Origin: Octopus vulgaris
Taxonomy: Eukaryota
Assembly: GCA_951406725.2 (NCBI GenBank)
Contig: OX597818.1
Coordinates: forward strand, 1,860,001-1,924,000
Direction of reading: 5' to 3'
Length of the DNA: 64,000 bases
The notes beneath the pieces are model-generated. The model did not search any database. It was not told the origin of the DNA and was given only the letters and a program-made list of their open reading frames with translations. Both the position numbers and the translations under genes were made by a program. Positions 1 through 46,784 of this stretch are shown piece after piece (within the stretch, counting starts at the first letter, position 1; each line of letters begins with the position of its first letter).

Positions 1-2650
1 AGGGTTGGGTTGGTGGCTTAGAGAACATGATGGTTGTTTTCTTTAGACTGGTGGTAAGTCCAAAAGCAAAACAAGCTCTAGAGAAGAGATCCAATACAGC
101 TTCTGTGTCCTCCTCGATGTGAGCAACGAGAGCTACATCATCATCATAAAGGAGCTCTCGAACAAGGGCCTGGAATGTCTTCGACTTTGTATCAAAGCGT
201 TTAACATCAAAGACCTCCTTACCTTTGGTTCTGAAACGAATATAGTCGCCGATATCATAGTCTTGGAAAGCATGCAAGATAGTTACTACAAAATATATGG
301 AAAATAGTGTTGGAGCAGCAATATCACATTGTTTAACTCCGTTGACCCATTGAAGTTAAGATGAGCTTTCATATCACTATGAAGTTGCTTAAACAAGTTT
401 ACAAATTGAGGTGGACATCCAAATTTACCAAGAATGGTCCAGAGAACGGTCCTATTAATAGTGTCGAAGGCTTTTGTTAAATCGACAAATACCGGTTAAA
501 GAGCTATGCTACGTTCGATGCATTTCTCCTGGAGTTGACGAGCAGAAAAATCATGTCCGTTGTGCCATGACTTGATTTAAAATCACACTGATTCTCCAGG
601 ATGACAGGATATATCCATATTTTTAGCCGATTAAGTAAAAGTTTTGCAAAACCCTTACCGACTATTTCAAGCCGGCTTATACCTCTGTAATTGCCACAAT
701 CGGATTTGGATCCTTTTCCTTTCAACAATGAAATTAAAATGACATCAACCCAGTCCTGAGGAACAGGAGCACCCAACCAGATATGTGATATTAGATTGTG
801 GATCTCTACAGCAAGCCTATTACCCCCGTGGAGGAGAATTTCAATAGGAATACCGTCAAGACCTGGTGCCTTTCCAGTATTTAATTCTTTGATTGTGTTT
901 TGGATCTCATCTATAGTTGGATGTTCCATCATCTCATGAATCCTTTTGGGGCAGATTACTGATGACATTTTCATCAATAACTGAAGGATTAAAAAAGAGA
1001 TCAGTGAAGCGATCAGTCCAACGTTTCATGATGCCATCATGATCCTTGATGAGAAAATAGTTGTCTTTAGTGGTACCACAAATAAAGACCGAGGACCAAA
1101 TACTCGTCCGATCAAGTGATATACTGTTTTCAGGTCTTTACTGTTATACGCTTTCTGGATTTTTTCAGAAATATCTGACCACCATTTGTTTTTCATTTGT
1201 CTTATCTTTCTTTGGAGTGATGATTTTATCCTTTTGAGAGACTGCAGTAACGGCTTTTTATCATCATTTGGAGCACCGAGGTATTTTTGGTGCAGCTTAT
1301 TTTTATCTTCAAGAAGTTTATTGATCTGTAGATCATTGTCACCAAACCAGTCCCGATGTTTTCTATTTCTGAGAACAAGAACCTCAACTTCAACATTGTA
1401 AATAGTGGTCTTAAACTGAGCCCAAGTTACTTCCAATTCCGCTTCTCCAATAGCATTTCTAAGATTCGCCTGCACCTTATAGTCCCTTAATTTCAACACA
1501 TCGATACGTTTAGGGACTTTTATTCCTCCAGATCTTATTCTACGCATGATGCAGAGTTTCAACTTACCGCGTATTAACATATGGTCAGTCCCACATTCTG
1601 CACCTCGCATGACTCGGACAGTGCAAACATCAGGAATGTTTCGTTTCCTGGTGATAAGGTAATCAAGAATATGTCCATGTTTGGATCTTGGATGCGTCCA
1701 GGTAGTTTTATGGATATCCTTCTGATGAAAAACAGTGTTGTAGATGATGAGATCAAGTTCAGTGCAGAGCTGAAGAAGACGGAGACCATTAGCGTTTATT
1801 TTGCCCAAACCATGTCTCCCTAGTGCATCCCAGGTCTCATAATCGCATCCAACACAGGCATTGAAATCGTCAAGAAGGCGGATCTTATCTGCATTTGGAA
1901 TCAAAATCATAACCGATCTGAGATCTTCATAGAAATTCATTATAGATTCACTGCTGCTATCAAGAGTAGGAGCATAAACAGAGATAACAATCATAAAACG
2001 ATTGTATGATAGAGGAGCTCGAAGATACATAATCCTATCACTGAATCCATAAAGTTGTTCTATTTTGTGGATTAACTCGGTACGAATTGCAAAGCCAACA
2101 CCCCCTACTCGTTTTTCACCCTTTGGTTTACCCTTCCAAAAGAAAGTGTATCCAGCACCTGTTTCTGTTAATAGATTTTCATCTCCCAACCGAGTTTCAG
2201 AGAGTGCAACAATGTCGAGGTTTTACTGAGCCAACTCCTTGGCTATTACGCCAGTTTGCCGTTCAGGGTTACTTGACCCTTCATGATCAACAAGTGTCCT
2301 GTTATTCCATACACTTACCCATAATCTATATTTCTTGCTTGCATGTTTTCTTTTTATATTCCTACTGCTGTAGCGAACAACAATCAGCTGCAGGTTGTTG
2401 ACCAGCTAGATGGTAGAATAGGCATTTGTTCGGGTCACCTTTTCTAGACCTTTCCCAGATTTCTGGCTGAGCAGTGCTACCCTATAGAGGGCTACTCAGA
2501 CGCTCTCGACTTCGCCGAAGCATTCTGCTGTTCTTTCAACAATGCAGCAACGTTAGATGGGGCCTGAGCTGCCCACGTGCAGATTCGTGATCATGCGCTC
2601 CCAGCTAAGCCTGCACATGTCGCCACTATTCCATCGCCGAGGGACTTGAA
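1..2650 (-). mobile_element. RTE-clade LINE, disrupted (5' UTR, APE endonuclease, RT; continues beyond position 1)
   Basis: ORF 1026..2189 has APE motifs (GYTFFWKG, GVGFAI, SVYAPT, DFNA, TWTHPRSKH..LDY, TDH); ORF 504..977 has the RT start (KAPGLDGI, KGSKSDCGNYRGIS); frameshifts between them. Confidence 0.9.
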
Positions 2651-3029
2651 GAGATATCTGTACATTTAAATATCAATGCCACACGCTTGTACGACACTTA
2701 TAGCACCCACTCCTCCCTCAAATTCTGATATCCAGTGACAAACCAAGGCAAGATGACAGGGTTATTATGGAGGTCGCATGTTTTATTATCCCGGAGTTTA
2801 ACCTCTCCAGTAGTTTTATATCAGTGTCCTTCTCCCAGTCTTTGCCCAACCAAAGGCTAACTGCAAGACATTAATGAAGGATTTGAATTCAGTGTTACCT
2901 TCTCCTAGACAGATTGCCTTCCCCACGGCTTTATTAAGCATAGGAGCTTTATCTACCCCTTTAACTACATCCACAAATACATACAAATCAAATAAAATAA
3001 AAGAAGTAAAACTACAAATATATATATAA

Positions 3030-4121
3030 GATATCCGTTCCGTCAAAGATGAAAATTCGCACAATTTTCTTATTCCTATTCAAGCTAGGCCGAAAAGCTG
3101 CTGAAACAGCTCGCGATATCAACGATGCGTTTGGCCCAGGAACCACTAATGAACGTACAGCACAATGGTGGTTCAAGAAATTTCGTTTGGCCCAGGAACC
3201 ACTAATGAACGTACAGCACGATGGTGGTTCAAGAAATTTCGTTGCGTAGTGGTCGGTCATCGGATGTTGACAACGATCAACTAAGAGCCTTAGTCAAAGC
3301 CAATCCACGCACAACTGTTCGAGAGCTTACTTCTGAATTAGACGTAACGTATACGATAATTTTCAACCACTTGAAAGAGATTGGAAAAACAAAAATACTT
3401 GAGAAATGGGTGCCGCACGAATTGAATGACAACCAAAAAAAAAAACGCCGTTTTGAAGTGTCGTCTTCTCTTTTACGCAGCAAGAACGACCTGTTTCTCG
3501 ACCGGATTGTGACTTGCGATGAAAAGTGGATTCTTTACAACAGGCGACGCTCCATGGCACTTCCCGAAGCCAGAGTTGCACCAAAAGAAGGTCATGGTGA
3601 CCGTTTGGTTGTCTGCAGTCGGTCTCATCCATCACTGCTTTTTGGATCCAGGCGAAACCATTACGGAAGAGAAGTACTGTCAGCAAATGGATGAAATGTA
3701 TGTGAAACTCCGACAACAACAGCTAGCATTGGTCAATAGAAATGACCAGTTCTTCTCAACGACAACGCTCGGCCGCACGTTGCACGATTGACCCTGCAGA
3801 AGTTGAACGAATTGGGCTACGAAACTATGTCTCATCCACCATACTCACAAGACCTCTCATCTACCTACTACCACTTTTTCAAGCATTTCGACAACTTCCT
3901 GCGTGAGAAATGCTTCAAAAGCCGAGACAATGCCAAGCACGCTTTCAGCGACTTCATCGCCACCAGAACGCAGGATTTTTACGCTACTGGCATAAATAAA
4001 CTTGTTTCGCGTTGGCAAAAGTGTGTTGATTCTGATGGTGTTTATTTCGATTAATAAAGTTTTGTTTGAGCCTCTGAATTTAAAGGCTAAAAACCGCAAG
4101 AACTTTCTTGACAACCTAATA
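3030..4121 (+). mobile_element. Degenerate mariner (DD34D-type) transposon, 5' TIR missing
   Basis: HTH (GRKAAETARDINDAFG..WFKKFR), WVPHEL, IVTCDEKW, HPPYSQDL motifs over frameshifted ORFs; TIR-like end ...TTGACAACCTAA + TA; ~55-bp tandem duplication near 3128-3243. Confidence 0.9.
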
Positions 4122-4159
4122 CATACATAAATTCAAGAATTAAAAATGAAAATAAATAA

Positions 4160-4242
<83 letters not shown>

Positions 4243-5259
4243 TATATATACACATATACACACACACAATACACACACACACACACACACACACGTCCAA
4301 CACTCAAACACACCAAACACGCACCTGGCACACACATTCAGCTAGGTCGTTTACGCTGCTGGTACCATATAACCCAATACTACCTGTCGCATAGTCGGGT
4401 CGTCGGCGACTAAGCCGGCTCCCCCACCAATTCTACTTGGTGAGGAGGATGTGTATTGGACACCCTGCAGGACTAAAAGTAAGACCTGTAAAAGGACGAA
4501 AGAACTCTTAAGAGTCAACGGTCATCCAAATTATATATATATAATGAGAGAGAGAGAGAGATCCCGAAAAAGGGTTTACATATGATACTTGGATGTGAAA
4601 AATAATATACAATTAAAGAAATATTACATTAAAAATCGAGTTAAATTTCTGTGCATCATACTTCAAGTCGAAGTAGGATACATCATTTTAGTTAACAGAA
4701 ACATTAAACTGAACTATTCTACTTAATACATTGTTGTTTAAATATAGTTTAGATGGTGAAGTTGGCATTGAGTTAGAGTTCTGTGGTATCTTCCTGTGGA
4801 ATTGTCAAAAGCAGTTAATGTTACTGCTTTCGACTACAGAGAATTTCTATTTTAGTAAAACACCTGGGATGGGACCATCACCATCATCATTCCCATCATC
4901 ATTGTCATCATCGTCGTTTTTTTAAAGTTCACATTTCAAGATTTGCATGGGTTAGACAGAGATTATCGGAGCAGGTGTTCTACAACCAGAAGTCATTGTC
5001 ATCAACCCTCACTTGTTTTTGGCGAGACTTGTTTTTGCAGAATATTGGAAATGCTTGTATGATACTCGTTTACAACATACACATATATCTATCCATACAT
5101 ATACACATTAACGTACATATATATGTGATTTGGCTATCTCTGCTGACATCAGTTTCCCCTGGCCAAAGCGCCATTCACTTGGTGAGTGGAAAAGAAACAT
5201 CTTCTAGGTGTAATCAATAAAACACACACACATACATACATACATATATACATACCTGA

Positions 5260-5467
5260 TAGGTCGCTAGCCACTAAAGCTGTTGTATTTTCTCTCTCTG
5301 TTTATTTCTGTGTTCCCTTCTGTTGAAGAGCGTAGGCTCAAAACGTAAAAGACTGTCTCACTCCCCGAGCGTTAAACTAATACATCTGTTTGTTGTCTAC
5401 ACCTGTCTTCGTCTTTTGTTTTTTTTTGGTTTTTTGGTTTTTTTGGGGGGCGGAGGGTTGTAAATTT

Positions 5468-5472
<5 letters not shown>
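5260..5472 (+). mobile_element. Penelope-like 3' terminal (pLTR) fragment with decayed hammerhead-like motif
   Basis: Clearly similar to 26430-26620 and to the reverse complement of 61233-61440; ends at (TA)n. Confidence 0.75.
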
Positions 5473-5517
<45 letters not shown>

Positions 5518-5844
5518 TAAATATATACACACACACACATTTATAATCAAGGGTACAAAATAATACCAGCCCTGCTAGAAAAAGGATTTGAAAAATATTC
5601 AAATAAGCCACAATATCACTAAAAATTTAAGCTGACGAAATCGAGAAGCACGTAGAAAAGCCAATATACCATTGCGGGGGAAAGACGTAAATGAATTTAC
5701 AGATTTCAAAATCTGAGATATTACCCTTAGTTTTCATCAGTAGATCTTGCTTCCTGGGGCTAAACTGATACCCGCTTCGTCATGTTTGTTAAAATAGCAT
5801 AAACACAACAACATACACACACACATAGGTATATATATATATGC

Positions 5845-5992
5845 GACGAGCTTCTTTCAGTTTCTGTGTACCAGATCCCCCCACAAGGCTTTCATCAGCC
5901 CAGAGCTTTTGTAAAAGACACTTGCCTAAGGTGCCATGCTATGAGACTGAACCCAGAACCATGTGATTAGGAAGAAAACTTCTTAACCACAT
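5845..5992 (-). mobile_element. SINE family 1, head fragment
   Basis: Reverse-complement similarity to 54460-54620. Confidence 0.7.
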
Positions 5993-6039
5993 TGCCACGA
6001 TATCATAATAATAATTCGTTATTGCTTATATCTTTACAG

Positions 6040-39254
<33,215 letters not shown>

Positions 39255-39593
39255 ACCTCGAATACATGCAGGAAGTGAACGATTATTCCTAAATGAATTG
39301 AGATCTGACATTTGTCTTACCTCATCCACCCCCACAAAAAGAGAAAAGAGGGCAGTGGATAAAAAAAGAGCCGTAAAACAAAATATATAGATGGTTGTAT
39401 CAATTTTAGTACTATATTGAAATACTTCTAATGTGAAAGCCATACACAAGATTCATACATATACTTACGCAAACATACAAACATTACTGCGTGTATATAT
39501 ACACATTCATACGAGTAAATGAGCGGGAAAACAGACTGATTATTGTTGCTGGATTTTGAAATTTGACTCAAACGTATTACGATGGTACAATTG

Positions 39594-39713
39594 AATAAAA
39601 AGTACATTGTGGTAGAACATTTAATTGTGAATTCAATACAGGACGGAATATTTTAGAGAGAAGTACAATAATACAACAATGTTTTAGTAAGAGTTAAATG
39701 TATGACAATAAAA
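39594..39713 (+). promoter_or_regulatory. Candidate polyadenylation signals (AATAAA near 39594 and 39708)
   Basis: Hexamers 340-460 nt after the stop; further AATAAA occur up to ~41.1 kb, so the site actually used is unknown. Confidence 0.3.
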
Positions 39714-40295
39714 CAGAGTAAATATGGAACAATTTCCAGGACAAAATATAACAATCAGACATTTCAAGTGAAGAATCGACACAAACACAACCAGCAACAA
39801 AACTGAAATGTATTTTCTACTTGCTTTATGGGTTTTTTTAAAGTGTTTCACAGTAACACTAATTAAAATGTTTAATTAAAAGCTATATCTCCCCACTAGA
39901 CAGCAATATTAATATTTGACAGAATAATGATAAGCACAACAAACTTGCTTTTCTAAATTTTCACAGTTTTTTTTTCCAAAGGTTTTGAAGTAATTCCTCT
40001 TTTAACATTAGCATGTTTCCTAACTAGAATTCATTTTGTTTCTTGTCCTGTGTGTGAGTGTGTGTATGCATGTATGTATGTTTGTATGCATGCATGCATG
40101 CATATATGTATGTATGAGTGTATGCATATATATACGTATGTATATATTGATATAATTATAAATATATATACCTTAATTCGCATTTATTTTATATACACAT
40201 GTATACATATATATATACATATATAGATACATACATACATACGTACACACATACTTATATTCATACATATGAATGAATTTATATATGCATGAATT

Positions 40296-40348
<53 letters not shown>

Positions 40349-40431
40349 TATATGCATTTTCATATACATTAATGTACTCGTGTGTGTACATATATATATT
40401 TAGATATATTACAAAACGTATATATGTCTGC

Positions 40432-40485
<54 letters not shown>

Positions 40486-41168
40486 GTATATTATTAAACG
40501 TATTTATATATATGTGTGTGTGTGTATGTGTGTGCACACTACCACACAGAAACAACACTGTAGAAATCAGAACTGAATTATATATACTATAAAACAATAA
40601 ATATGGAATTACATCGTTTCTATAACACTGAAGCGCTGAAAAGGAGAGTAAGGTAGCCTCCTGGGGAACTGTTTCACAGTTTCTTGTCCTCTTCTTAGAA
40701 AAGAGGTTTCCAGCCTCTCCTCCAATGAACAATATAAATTAGCTGCTCATAAAGAAGTCCTGAAGTTGTGAATAGCACATATATTTTAACGGCTGTCTTC
40801 AATTAGGCTGTATCTAAAAATAAATGAAACGGTCTGCCAGAAGACATCATTCCTCATTTTGTCAATAGTTTAAATATTTACACATCAAAACAGTAGAATG
40901 TGTTAACTTTGTTATTCTGATCTAACTCTGTCGTATCAGTTCTTATGCGTGTGCACGTGAGTGTGTGTGTGTGTGAGTGTGCTATTTTTAATTTAATTTA
41001 CACTACAAAAATGAACGGTACCTAAAAAGTTTGTAACAGCGAAACAACACTCATAGAAAACTAATCTTTAATAAAAGTTCCTATTCGTTTTTAATATCAA
41101 TAAGCTTTTGCATAAGAACTTTGTTATTCAGAGGTATTCTTTGTTTCATTTAAATATATATAATATAC

Positions 41169-41224
<56 letters not shown>

Positions 41225-41469
41225 CAAATACGATATTCTAAAATTCATACACTCACAGATTAAGTCGTAATCTGTGCATCACTATACTAGTATGTAAAAG
41301 AACTATTTTCAGGTATAACCATCTTTATACGCGTGCGTGGGCCTGAGTATCTGTGTGTGTATGTGTGTCTAAAATCAACCTTATCAATGTTACTTGAGTC
41401 ATACTGGGCTGCTAAAGAATCACTGGGGCAGTGTCATATAATAGAATTAAACCTTCTAAAGTTTCATAC

Positions 41470-42279
<810 letters not shown>

Positions 42280-42280
<1 letters not shown>

Positions 42281-42600
42281 ATTCAATGTTCAGTTTGTCC
42301 AGCTCTCTTTAACATTACACCAAAACACGTTAAAGCAAAAACAGAGCCCATAAATTTCAAGAAGTGTTTGAACAAATTCTTTCAAGAAATCCCGGATGAA
42401 TTTCCTACACCCATATATGATTGATTGATTCTAGTTTCAGCTCATGAGCTGTGGCCATGCTGGGGCACCGCCATATATGTCTCCGTAAACAATAACTCTC
42501 TATTTGAGAAGGGCATGCTGGTTGAATCCTGATTTAAATAATTTCACCAGGTGATGCTAGACATGACTTGAGCCAATACTGGCCAAAACCTATCAAATAA
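42280..42600 (+). mobile_element. CR1/L2-like LINE 3' end, interrupted by a 51-bp tail insertion
   Basis: PALFN...[17 protein letters not shown] resembles CR1-group ORF2 C-termini; insert 42420-42470 flanked by duplicated CCATATATG. Confidence 0.55.
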
Positions 42601-42614
42601 AGTATATACATATA

Positions 42615-42662
<48 letters not shown>

Positions 42663-43214
42663 CATATGTATATGTGTGTGTGTGTAAGTGTATGAGAATG
42701 TGCATATATATATATGTACGTGTATATGCAGCATGCGTATGTATATATGCAAATATATACATATGTATATATACAGAAATACACACACACTTCACACACA
42801 CACACACACACACACACTCACAATGCTTAAAATTATGTACACGAAATTCAATGTCCGTCAGTGGGTATATTATATTTCATTCTGAAAATGTTGTCTACAG
42901 CTGTATAAACTTTTAATAAATATACATATACATACATATGCATAGATGATTGTCAGTTTATTTGTACTTATTATGTTTATAAATTGCGGTAAATTTTATG
43001 TATATTTCTGTGAGTGCGCGCACGCTTCATGCATACACAAGTACGTTACATTTTTTTATAGGTAGTACTGTATCGTTTTCTTTCTCCCCCATCTGTCTCT
43101 CTCCACGCATACATATAGACATATATTACAGCCGATTAAAGAAAATTTGGATCTCAGAACTGCATTCAATAAAACAGTGGCCGACAATATATTTTCAGAG
43201 CCAGTACACATACC

Positions 43215-44640
43215 AGCATTTGGCTGCTTGATTGGACGTTTGATGAGTCCCAGCCATTGATGTGAAAACCCGAAAAATACTAACAAGCACACGTAATTTT
43301 CACATAAACAGTGATGTAGACCGCCTCTACCTAAAACGAAAACAAGGCGGAAGAGGCTTAACATCTATCCAAGATGTATTTGAATGTCGCATCGTATCTC
43401 TTCGGCAACATCTTTTAATAACCAAGAGTCGAAGTGCATCCCTTGACCAAGTTTGCATACATGAGGCTGATAACATCATAAGAGCAACACTCTTTATCTG
43501 ATAACCTAGAATACATGCCCATAGAAGTCGCACGATTCTACTGCAACGTATCATCAGATGAAAGGTTGAGCCTATATGAGCAGAAGATCATGCAGGGATA
43601 TGTTACTAGAAAGCTCCGTGATGATAGTAACATCGATCATCAAAGAAGTTTATCATGGATCAATAGCCGGATTACTACCTCCCACTTTGATTTCGTTTGC
43701 AATCCAGGAACAAGAAATATCAACCAAGTACTTGATGCACAAAAGGGATAGAGATGCAAATAAAGCCATAAAGTGTGACAACCGATGCAGACTTTGTGGA
43801 GTCCACACTGAAGATATCACCCACATCATAAGCAGTTGTCCGAAAATGTCATCATGGTAATATCTACCGATGAGACATGACGTTGTAGCTTGGACACTCT
43901 ATAATGAAATTCGTCGGAGGGATGATCCCGAGGACAAAGAAATAAGAACCCATATATAGTAGACGCCATAGCCACTCATAATAAAAAGGAATACTGGTGG
44001 AATGTACCAGTGAAGACATCAACAGACCTGATTTGCGGAAATTTGCTGCCCAGCGGATGTTAACATAAAGCCGGAGATCAGTGAAAAAGAAAACACCTAT
44101 GCTGAACAATTAACAATTTCTGCAGTTACTCTATCCAGATTACAAGTTCAGGTTTACACCTGTAATTATTGGGGCCCTAGAATATGTAACACACTGCCTA
44201 AATACCAATCTTGAGAAATTAGGCTTCTCAAAACCAGAAAGAGGAAAGCTAATTCGAAGACTACAGATCTAATCCATAACTGGAACTGTAAAAATCTGTA
44301 AACATTTCAGAAGTTTATCATTTAAATATATATAAGCATGTCTAGATATGCAACTATATGAGAATACATACATAAAACATACAAATCTGCACATACATAC
44401 ATACATACATACATACATACATACATACATACATACGTACGTACGTGCATGCATACATACATACACACATACATACAAACATACATACATACATACATAC
44501 ATACATACATACATGCTTAAATACGTATATGCATACATACATAATTACATACATACAAGCAAAAATACCCTGTTGTTGATGTTAAAATTCTAATGAAGGT
44601 GCTTTGGATCTAGGTTAGAAACAGGTTCTTTCTCTATTGG
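43215..44640 (+). mobile_element. RLE-type (R4-like) non-LTR retrotransposon, 5'-truncated, with (CATA)n in the 3' UTR
   Basis: DVDRLYLKRKQGGRGL, FAIQEQEI, CRLC...EDITHIISSC, RHD and RPD motifs. Confidence 0.82.
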
Positions 44641-44684
44641 CTGAATAATGACAGACAGACAGGCAGGCAGACAAACAGACAGGC

Positions 44685-44715
<31 letters not shown>

Positions 44716-44718
44716 TAG

Positions 44719-44776
<58 letters not shown>

Positions 44777-44789
44777 GTAGGTAGTAATT

Positions 44790-45385
44790 TTGCCTTATCC
44801 TTATTCTTAGTGCAAGTTTTGAAGAGTGCAGTTCGCTTTTAACAGTTATTTTTTCAAAGCTATAATAGAAATGACAAAGGAGCAAATTCGGCATATTTTG
44901 CTTTATGAGTTCAATAAAGGCAACAATGCAACAGAAAGTGCGAGTAAATGGCGAAAGTGCGAATAATGGAAATCGGACGATAAGTGTAAGCCATTGTCAA
45001 CAGTGGTTCCAGAAATTCCGAACCGGAAACAACAGCCTAGAAGACGAGCCTCGTCCTGGAAGACTTGTAGAGCTCGACGAGATCATCCTGCAAAATCTGG
45101 TGAAACAAAATCTCATCGTAACTGTTGAAGAGCTAGCAGATGGGCTTGGATTTGCGCATTCAGCCATTCATTGACATCTGCATGCCATCGGAGAAATCAG
45201 CAAATTGGATCAATATGTTCCCCACAAAGTTTCCGAGTCTAACCCGTGCAGAGAGTGAATGTGTGCTCTTCTTTGCTATTATATCGTACGAATGAACCTT
45301 TTTTGGACCGAATAGTGACTGGTGACGAGAAATGGGTTCTCTATAAAAATGTCAAGCGCCGAAGACAGTGGGTAGAGAAACACCG
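44790..45385 (+). mobile_element. Mariner transposase 5' relic
   Basis: MTKEQIRHILLYEFNKG, WFQKFRTGNNSLEDEPRPGR, FLDRIVTGDEKWVLY. Confidence 0.85.
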
Positions 45386-46676
45386 ATACCCGATGCTATA
45401 CGATGCTATAGTTTTATAGGAGGGTTGGAATTGCCGGATGGTGTGACTGTAAGAGTGTCGGAGTTATGTTATTAGGTAAATTTTGTGTTATTATATTTGG
45501 AGATTATGGTGTAAGGATGTGTATATCGTGTGTACCCTGGAGGGATCGGACAAGAATTGACGTTGTCTATAGTGGTGCTCTATAAATGTTTTCACCTCTA
45601 TCTACACAATCGATCTTTGAATTCAAATGCCATGCACAGCGTTTATGTGAGAAGACCGGTAATCGTGAGCCACGGCAAAATCACCAGATATGAGTTAAGA
45701 ATATATAAATAAGTAGAGAGTAATGTAAAAATATTACGAAGGATATATTATAAATAATTAAGATTATTTATGAATACATCAATGGCCAAACATGCTATCA
45801 TAAAGCATGAGGAAGAAAAACGTTTATAATTATTATTATTATTTATATATATGTCAGAAACAAGTGCGTGTGTGTGAGTGTTTCTGACATATTTTAATTT
45901 CTAAAGGCAAATTCACTGCTGTTGCCGTGGAAAAGAATTTCTCGCTTATGGTAGAAGGTGTAAAAACATCTTATCTATTCAGTGTCTCTCCCTAGCAGAT
46001 TCCTAGACGCGTTTCTAGCTTCTTAGCATTCCTCATTAGGAAATACCGAAGAGAGAAAATCCCAGGCAGGCTACACAGCTAAAATTCTTTAAGGCAGTGC
46101 TCCAGCATTGCCGCAGTAAAATGACTGAAACGAGTATAAGACAAATGATAAACAATACGTACGTATGTATGTGTATATATACACATATATTTTCATGTAC
46201 ATAAACACATATGTATACGTATGTGTTTATTTATACTTTTCCTTGTTACTTTTACGTGTTTCAGTCAGGCGCTCTGTTCATACAAGAGCACTGCCACTGA
46301 TGTGATTGCTGGTTTATTTCGTTTCATTTTAATGGTCCTCACTTCGTGTTTGCTTCTTGTGAGCAAGCATGTCCAACAAAACTGCCCATGTTCTTTTTTT
46401 CTTTCTTTTTCACATTTCTTTTTTCTTTTTTCTATTTTTTTTTTTTTTTTTTTTGCTTTGGTGAGGTGTCGACTCATATCTTAGATAAAAATTTTGTCTA
46501 AATGTTCTTCAAACTCATTCACCTGAAAGTTTCGCAGAACTTTGAATCTTGACCTGATATTGAAAAGCTGTAAACCTTGGAGACGTTAAGCGTGACTGCA
46601 TTTGGTCTAAGACAGCAACTTCGAAGTTTTCGCCACCTAAACCCTAGCATGACTGCAGTCTAATGACTGAATCAAG

Positions 46677-46784
<108 letters not shown>

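Noticed and set aside
4345-4530. GC-richer block with GTCG-TCGG-CGAC-TAA, resembling an HDV-like P4/J4/2
   Set aside because: Could not assemble P1/P3/L3; probably a retroelement-derived repeat, left unclassified.
4600-6039. Search for the upstream exon encoding the first half of discoidin domain 1
   Set aside because: No segment with AW/QWLQ.DLG motifs and a phase-0 donor was found; it presumably lies upstream of the window.
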